Positions 60,001 to 64,000 of a stretch of DNA of 64,000 bases are shown piece by piece. A program made the position numbers and the translations under genes. The notes beneath the pieces are model-generated. The model did not search any database. It was given only the letters and a program-made list of their open reading frames with translations, and was not told where the DNA came from. Source of the stretch: Thermoplasmatota archaeon (GTDB lineage Archaea; Thermoplasmatota; JAKEGO01); assembly GCA_028279595.1 (NCBI GenBank), contig JANQNK010000004.1, positions 128,001-192,000 on the forward strand. The letters run 5' to 3'. Every line of letters begins with the position of its first letter. The first letter of the stretch is position 1.

Positions 60001-60810
60001 CCCGATCCAAGCGACATCGCCTCGGTTATTGATCAAGATCTCTTCTATATTGCTCGATGAGTTCCAGAGCTCGATCGTGTCCGATCCGTTCCAAAGCATG
60101 ACGCGGAAGAGTGTATCGTAGGCGATCCAGGCCACCCAACCATCGTCGTTTATGTGCGGATGGTCGTCCCAGCGGCTGTCGTTCGTGAGCCTGGTCGTGA
60201 TACCGTCATCCCACATGAAGACCTCGGTGGTTCCGTTCACCCAGCCCCTCCAGACTATCGTACCGTGGGAGTTGACATCGGGTATCTCATCGTGATTCGA
60301 CCTATTGGTCAATTGCATGGTCTCATTGAGGTCCCAATAGAAGATCTCGTACAACGGGGCAGGTGCGACCCAGGCAGTCTGTCCCTTGTCGTTCATATCG
60401 AGTTCCTTCTCGGACTGGTTGCTGTTGCTGAGTCTGATAGCGTTCGCGGGATTGAATATGCTTGCCCTCCGAACGAAGCTTCCCGAGAAGTTCAATCCGA
60501 TGAGCGTGACGTTGTCAGCCTCGATCGACATCGTGTACTCCTTGTATGCGGGATAGACGATGGTATCCGTGGTACCGTTCCCGGTCAGCGTCAACGTCTT
60601 GTTCAGAACCAGGGATTCGGTATAGGTTCCCGCATACACCATGACGGTGTCGTTGACGCTTGCCGCGTCGATCGCATCCTGTATGCTGGCGTAGTCCGCT
60701 CCAGCCCAGTTGTCATCCACCACGATCGTGGCCGCGTTCGTCGGGCTCAGTGCGATAACGGTCAGTACCATTACAAATAACGAGATAGCAGCTGCTGTAC
60801 CCCATTTCAT
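54025..60810 (-). CDS. Large membrane-anchored surface protein: beta-helix (NosD-like) with two inserted 8-repeat beta-propellers, Ig domains, a coiled-coil stalk, TM and acidic tail
   Basis: Signal peptide; IVVDDNWAGADYASIQDAI; N-N-x-x-GI repeats; 2x8 copies of P.IN..G.V.W; heptad-rich region; TM ILLIIVIILLLIILL. Confidence 0.9.
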   Translation of the reverse strand: MKWGTAAAISLFVMVLTVIALSPTNAATIVVDDNWAGADYASIQDAIDAASVNDTVMVYAGTYTESLVLNKTLTLTGNGTTDTIVYPAYKEYTMSIEADNVTLIGLNFSGSFVRRASIFNPANAIRLSNSNQSEKELDMNDKGQTAWVAPAPLYEIFYWDLNETMQLTNRSNHDEIPDVNSHGTIVWRGWVNGTTEVFMWDDGITTRLTNDSRWDDHPHINDDGWVAWIAYDTLFRVMLWNGSDTIELWNSSSNIEEILINNRGDVAWIGMNNASNDVFLWNGTSIRIMGKSTEHDSQIDLNDAGQVVWRDDYSTIYQIWLWDGNSVRNISANGILNLNPSINNNGEVAWRAWMAPDISDIMYWNGDYSTSIITTYGPNLQEPILNDNGRIAWREYTTTTAVIRVWDGNSVVNVSAANSHGWYHKINNNDDVVWVDNRSGVYDVYFLDSLAADIGVRVQGDNLTVEDSEITGSKLALRVVGDSARIINSTFSGNRTAIDVPGGTGHFVSGNLVLYSQWAIRMLNSTDVNVSDNMVFYNGMGIYLNDTEDADLYNNSVTANVRGIIIGYSTDIDVFDNNVGMHRSGISVDNSTEVVIGWNSAMGNRRGIELSWCERITVQNNTANINWMGVYIENSHDNEIRDNGASVGGGVGIWLDGSNNNTIDNNTWNANGDDGIHVSDSVNNTIINNNVSVNQRHGIYLINASWNVISNNTINESKQHGIYMMFGSTNNTIINNTVGSNIEKGIYVMTSCDRNNITNNDISSNGDHGIHLWHASDIYILNNTVNSNNVGILLYFSDTNIMWNDISSNDDDGIYLNTCSNGTIVNNTVLSNKNDGISLSTNCFGNLISGNNVSGNSNGIYLAFVSENTIADNDLWSNSETAINLTIRSSNNTLSGNYLNNNSGYGVDLDESPYNDIDGNTILSSSGDGIHVRESSHHLEISDNIVNWNVGHGIHLASSNNTVRGNQLGSNDGYGINVRICENNSIEDNIVTDNYFYGITLAYANHTDLINNTAIGSWWGIGIFVTHNITISDNNCTENYYDGIYSSGSDNITIADNEGYFNGNSGIGSNEGNNITIMNNTMGRNRAGISVHFCNGINISENTLFGNSLSGVHLWEMNHTIVYRNNASDNVGGIKLSTSSRHNLITQNHLNGNSEFGIYIDTSSSNLIEHNNISSFGESGIKLFAAWNNTITNNTIHSGEGDGVSILRGSSSNRITNNLVASNNVGIKGDLDRIDYLTDDQYNDTMPSINPSGEVVWLKNVGVGYYGIFHWNGSTADPLVGVQTDSPPQINARGEVLWVKWNGYDYDIYVWDGENTQNISANPYNDSRPQINSAGEVAWVGNDGNDEEIYFWDGISVTNVSNNSRHDTDPQINSAGDIVWSSRSGNNTDLFLWNGTGTLQLTNDSFAEINHRINDAGQVVWQASDGNYDQIFFWNGSAVIQVTDGTGGGYNPSLNDAGEITWYGSDGSDLEIYFWNGKKVKQISDNTFIDASPKINSAGEIVWMGNDGDGWEIFLWRGSRVEQLTDNNLSDQSPRINNAGQIVWGRFEDGDYEICMWGPDVGENTIIYNEIRDNDIGIQFLNQSGNMVYHNEFFDNAIGAYQTARNIWNLSYPSGGNHWDDYPGGDYLSGPDQDISGGDTIGDTPYVFHGGQDVYPLVLKLDEPPSGKIAITSHSNGDYIEGMEVFEVVTTWAVSEVRLYLDGTYVGSDPVSPYRYLVNTSGFTEDSKVPLRVDAVLDIGGIVSVSIDLYVNNQVMAGDYLLVDALRSTYKPDDTATITIGTVAAPSYDNLELVVSYTDPNGTTLEAHKSGLSINTTHIIGLPIYSHAPLGMYNVTVEAFGYNGTSLIWNSTNWTYFEVTKKGRADELQDIDDQLAYLNQTILDLRTYIEGMNASVGMDLGEILGNLTTVVSRLDVVDASISDLDAALGGLNTSLTGLLDGLSTDIDVVGSSISSRLAQTEVNLTAFMAMMNNSLAAEIASLNVSGQADLQLWLETVLGQLEQNLSSANMSLHQALGDLDTLLTSSYADLDTSLTALAADLEQHAEDQGNVSADLLSDIATLSSLLDSLDTESLTNISIVLGDMSTGFAETDANITSIMASIGALEAEIETRLDEINTSLAGISNVETILTELEDLDDAIEAMSDDIAGVSDDDDDGGDPNTILLIIVIILLLIILLNQMLGRPFWTKEPSEEPEGSEPEDDEEPETDDPDSEEQEPEPEPEEEVKEDPEPEEGSEDQEPKSGPDDEMKEGDEDPEDQKEP

Positions 60811-60912
60811 TCTAAGTCACCTCGGGGAATGACATCAAAGGAACTCTATTTAGTGATATCTGTGTCTGGGGTTGTGGGAATTGAGAACATTCTCAATGGA
60901 AGCGATAATGGC

Positions 60913-61341
60913 TCACTTCTTTGCTTCGGCGTCGTCGATCTCCTGCTTGAGCCACGACTCGACGTCCCCGCCGTGCACCAGTCCGTCGATCTCGTCCTCG
61001 TCGGAGGGTTCGAGCTTCATGATCCAGCCTTCACCGTATGGATCCGTGTTGATGAGCGTCGGGTCGTCCTCCAGGTCCTCGTTCACCTCGAGGACCTCAC
61101 CTGACAATGGTGCGACGAACTTGCCCACCCACTTCGCGGACTGGATCTTCCCGCAGGTCTCTCCGGCCTCGACGTCGTCGCCCTCGAAGGGAAGGTCTAT
61201 GTACGTGGTGTCCCCGGCGGTCTTCTGGTAGAAGTCGTTCATGCCAATGGTCACGTTGCCGTCGTCCTCCTTCCTGACCCACGCGTGCTCTCCGTGGTAG
61301 TACAGCTCATCGGGCATGTCGTATCCGTGGTAAACCGCCAT
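60913..61341 (-). CDS. gcvH: Glycine cleavage H-like lipoyl-carrier protein
   Basis: EHAWVR, IGMNDF, lipoyl-Lys motif IQSAKWVG, APLSGEV.EVN and INTDPYGEGW. Confidence 0.9.
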   Translation of the reverse strand: MAVYHGYDMPDELYYHGEHAWVRKEDDGNVTIGMNDFYQKTAGDTTYIDLPFEGDDVEAGETCGKIQSAKWVGKFVAPLSGEVLEVNEDLEDDPTLINTDPYGEGWIMKLEPSDEDEIDGLVHGGDVESWLKQEIDDAEAKK

Positions 61342-61401
61342 TTGAACACCTCATACTATTTCTACGGACTTGAATTGATAAACGTTGTTTTAAGGCTTTT
61401 C

Positions 61402-61839
61402 CTAGGTTGTGCCGTCGTCCACAACGACGGTCGGTTCGATGATAACGTCAGACCTGACGGATTTGAAGACAAGACAGTAATCCCGTATGTCGACGAGGCA
61501 CTTCTCGACCTTCTGGCGGTCTGATTCCTCGGCGATCGTGATGACCGGGCGCACAACAACTTGCGTGAACCTTAGCGAACCCTCGGACATCGTGGCCAGT
61601 CCTTCGGCCTCGCTCTCGTATGAGACAAGTCGGATGCGCCGTTTCTCAGCGAGCCACAGGAAGGTCGACATGGTGCAGTGCTCGACCGATGCGACGAATA
61701 GGTCCTCCGGGTTCCAGTAACCTTCGTGGCCGCCGAACTCGGGTCCGCAGGCGACCTCAAGGTTTGGCTTTCCCTCGCTGCCGAGGACCCCTTTCCGCTC
61801 GCCGGTCCACCTCAACCGGGTCCGGTAGGTGTACTCCAT
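61402..61839 (-). CDS. OsmC/Ohr-family peroxiredoxin
   Basis: PEFGG...WNPEDLF.AS..HC.M.TF plus a second Cys (YCLVFKSV). The likely start is ATG 61839. Confidence 0.9.
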   Translation of the reverse strand: MEYTYRTRLRWTGERKGVLGSEGKPNLEVACGPEFGGHEGYWNPEDLFVASVEHCTMSTFLWLAEKRRIRLVSYESEAEGLATMSEGSLRFTQVVVRPVITIAEESDRQKVEKCLVDIRDYCLVFKSVRSDVIIEPTVVVDDGTT

Positions 61840-61850
61840 CCGCTCTCCCT

Positions 61851-63095
61851 TCACACTATCTCCTCCAGGACGGGCACGGTCCATGTCCCGTTCGGCATGA
61901 TGATGACGCTGGGTTCCTTCCCGCGGGAACGCATCGTCGCCATGGCCTCATCGACAGCGGCCTGAATATCGGTAAAGGGCCTCAGGTGCGCCTTGGTGAT
62001 GAGCTCATCGTCGACGCCCATGACGGTCCATATCTCGGCCCATTGAAGCGTTTGCATGATCCTCAGCGCCTTGTGGTCGCCCAGATGATATCCCCCGGAG
62101 ATGCTGGCCTCGACGTCGTCCAGGCTCTCGATCCCGTGGAGGAAACGTAGGAACGCGTCGTTGCCGACACCGTTCCTGCAGGCAGAGACCCAGATGATGA
62201 TGCCGCCCTCGTTCAGGACCAGTTTACCGTTCTCCAGCGCGTGCTGCGACTGGTACATCTCGAGGTCCTTGGGCGGGGGGACGCAGGTGACGACTATGTC
62301 AGCCTTCCTCGTGACAGGGACGCACTGTAGCGCCATGGCATCCCTGGCAGCAGCTTCGAAGGCTCCGACGATATCGCCGCCGTGTGCAGGAAGAACGCGC
62401 TTCTCGCTGTCGAGGACGAGCTGCATGGTGAATATCCTCTCCGTCCGGAGGAACGACACTGCCTCGGCCATGTCCTCGTGGATAGGGTTCCTGACCAGCG
62501 CGGCTGGTTTCGAGCCGTCGGTCACGGCCAGAGAATGGTTCGCCTCGATCGTCTTGAACCCGGCGATGCCTGGCAGGAAAGACTTCCGCCCTCCGGAGAA
62601 CCCGGCGAAGTAATGGGGCTCGACGCTATTGATCGTTATTATCCTCTCAGCGTCGACCGCTAACTTGTTGAAAGTTACCGGTGTCCCACGGGTGGTTGTC
62701 CCGACCGAAACCAGCTTGCTTTCGTCGCGCGCGTCGTGCACCTCGATCATGTCGCGAAAGCGATCCAGGTGACGTCCGAATATCGTCCGGAGCTGCTCCT
62801 CCGTCGGAGAACGATGTGTTCCGGTGGCCACCAGGAATGTCAACTCGGGTCCGCCGTCAAGGAAAGGGACCACGGAATCCAGCACCTCGGCCGTTGGGGT
62901 AGCCCTTGTAGCATCGTTGACTATGATGAGGACGTTCTGTGCACCTTCCACGAACTCCTCCATCGAAGGTCCGTCGTCGGGCGGTTCCGTCAGAGGAAGC
63001 GAGGACGCATCGTTGGGATGGATGACCTCGCACTCTGCAACTACGCTGATCGTGATCGTCTCTCCGCCGTAATCGATGTCGACGGTCCTCATCAC
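61851..63095 (-). CDS. larA: Nickel-pincer-dependent lactate racemase (LarA) family protein
   Basis: IVNDATRATP, ATGTHR, VHDA, PHYFAGFSGGRKS and C.NGVG. Confidence 0.88.
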   Translation of the reverse strand: MMRTVDIDYGGETITISVVAECEVIHPNDASSLPLTEPPDDGPSMEEFVEGAQNVLIIVNDATRATPTAEVLDSVVPFLDGGPELTFLVATGTHRSPTEEQLRTIFGRHLDRFRDMIEVHDARDESKLVSVGTTTRGTPVTFNKLAVDAERIITINSVEPHYFAGFSGGRKSFLPGIAGFKTIEANHSLAVTDGSKPAALVRNPIHEDMAEAVSFLRTERIFTMQLVLDSEKRVLPAHGGDIVGAFEAAARDAMALQCVPVTRKADIVVTCVPPPKDLEMYQSQHALENGKLVLNEGGIIIWVSACRNGVGNDAFLRFLHGIESLDDVEASISGGYHLGDHKALRIMQTLQWAEIWTVMGVDDELITKAHLRPFTDIQAAVDEAMATMRSRGKEPSVIIMPNGTWTVPVLEEIV

Positions 63096-63134
63096 GATTA
63101 GGAATGTAAGGATGTTATTTCATACATCCGGTGC

Positions 63135-64000
63135 TCAGAACTCCGGGACCATCTCCTTGACTTCCTGGTACGTGAAGACAGGGCCGTGCTTGCACACGTA
63201 GATGTCGCCGATGTTGCAGCGGCCGCACTTGCCTATGCCGCACTTCATCCTGTTCTCCAGGGTCGTGTAGATCTGGTCCGAGGACCAGCCGAGCTTCTCG
63301 AGGGCCTGGGTGATGAACTTGATGGCGATCGGAGGTCCACACGTGACGACGATGGAGTTCTCCGGTGACGGCTTGACCACCTCGACCAGCTGCGGTACGA
63401 AACAGGTGAACCTGTTCTGTCCGGCAGGTATCTCGGTGTCGCCTGGCGACTTCATGTTTATCGCCGGCCAGTCCTCGTGGGACGCCGCCTCGATCGGGCC
63501 GTCGGGTCCGAACTTCCAGTCGATGCAGAGCCAGAGGTCCAGGTCGTCGCGGGCCTCGATCTCCTTGAACTCCTCCTTGTAGGCCAGGTCCGCCGGTGTC
63601 CTGGCGCCGTAGATGAGCGTGACATCGCCGTAATCCTTCCTGTGATCGGGATGGAGCACCCACTGGTAGACGCTCCTGACCGGGGAGATGCCGATACCGG
63701 CACCGATGAAGACCATGTTCTTGCCCTTCCAGTCGTCCACGGGGAAGTCGTTGCCATAGGGACCTCTCAGTCCGACCTTGTCGCCGACATCGAGCTCGTG
63801 GAGCTTTCCAGTGACGTTGCCAACCCGCATCGCCGAGACCTCGACTATTCCGTCGGTGTTCGGGAAAGAGGATATCGCGAAGACGCTCTCGCCGGTGCCG
63901 AAGTGGCTGACGATGCAGAACTGGCCCGGCTTGTGGAGGAAGTCCTCGCGCTCGGACTCGTCGTCGATCTGCATCTTGAACGTCCGTATCGGACGGCCGC
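63135..64000 (-). CDS. FAD/NAD(P)-binding [2Fe-2S] oxidoreductase (sulfhydrogenase gamma / AsrB / FlxA family), 5'-truncated by the window
   Basis: PGQF, RGPYGN.F, GAGIGISP, YGART, CGPP and ENRMKCGIGKCGRC...VCKHGPVF. The frame stays open to the window end. Confidence 0.9.
   Translation of the reverse strand, partial: GRPIRTFKMQIDDESEREDFLHKPGQFCIVSHFGTGESVFAISSFPNTDGIVEVSAMRVGNVTGKLHELDVGDKVGLRGPYGNDFPVDDWKGKNMVFIGAGIGISPVRSVYQWVLHPDHRKDYGDVTLIYGARTPADLAYKEEFKEIEARDDLDLWLCIDWKFGPDGPIEAASHEDWPAINMKSPGDTEIPAGQNRFTCFVPQLVEVVKPSPENSIVVTCGPPIAIKFITQALEKLGWSSDQIYTTLENRMKCGIGKCGRCNIGDIYVCKHGPVFTYQEVKEMVPEF

Noticed and set aside
52547-61341. Macrodomain + GcvH-L (SirTM-type lipoyl/ADP-ribosylation) operon
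   Set aside because: The genes are ~8 kb apart on opposite strands, with no sirtuin or lipoate ligase nearby.

Overview
High-GC archaeal DNA. The evidence for an archaeon is a PGF-CTERM archaeosortase signal, TATA-type promoters, a CCA-less tRNA and sequon-rich surface proteins; Thermoplasmatota-like affinity is an inference. About half of the window encodes very large secreted or membrane-anchored surface proteins: a >5500-aa FG-GAP/PA14/CARDB/PKD protein, three beta-helix proteins, a 14x PKD protein and a PGF-CTERM protein. The rest holds pyrC, tRNA-Lys(CTT), a HerA-like ATPase, an MMPL/RND transporter and a DUF362 Fe-S protein. It also holds a compact citrate-cycle cluster (aconitase, aclB, aclA, monomeric icd, a 4x Lrp/AsnC-like-domain protein and divergent sucCD), macrodomain and MerR-GyrI genes, and a gcvH-like / OsmC / larA / FAD-NAD oxidoreductase run. 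The most notable observations are: (1) tRNA-Lys is flanked by a duplicated promoter plus 5' half and is followed by two ~150-bp units, each ending in the tRNA 3' end and sharing a covarying three-hairpin structure; (2) the giant ORF is two paralogous adhesins fused through a TM / cytoplasmic domain / internal signal peptide junction, a possible polyprotein; (3) the ATP-citrate-lyase plus monomeric-IDH operon suggests a reductive or ACL-dependent TCA cycle in an archaeon. No CRISPR array, integrase or transposase was recognised.
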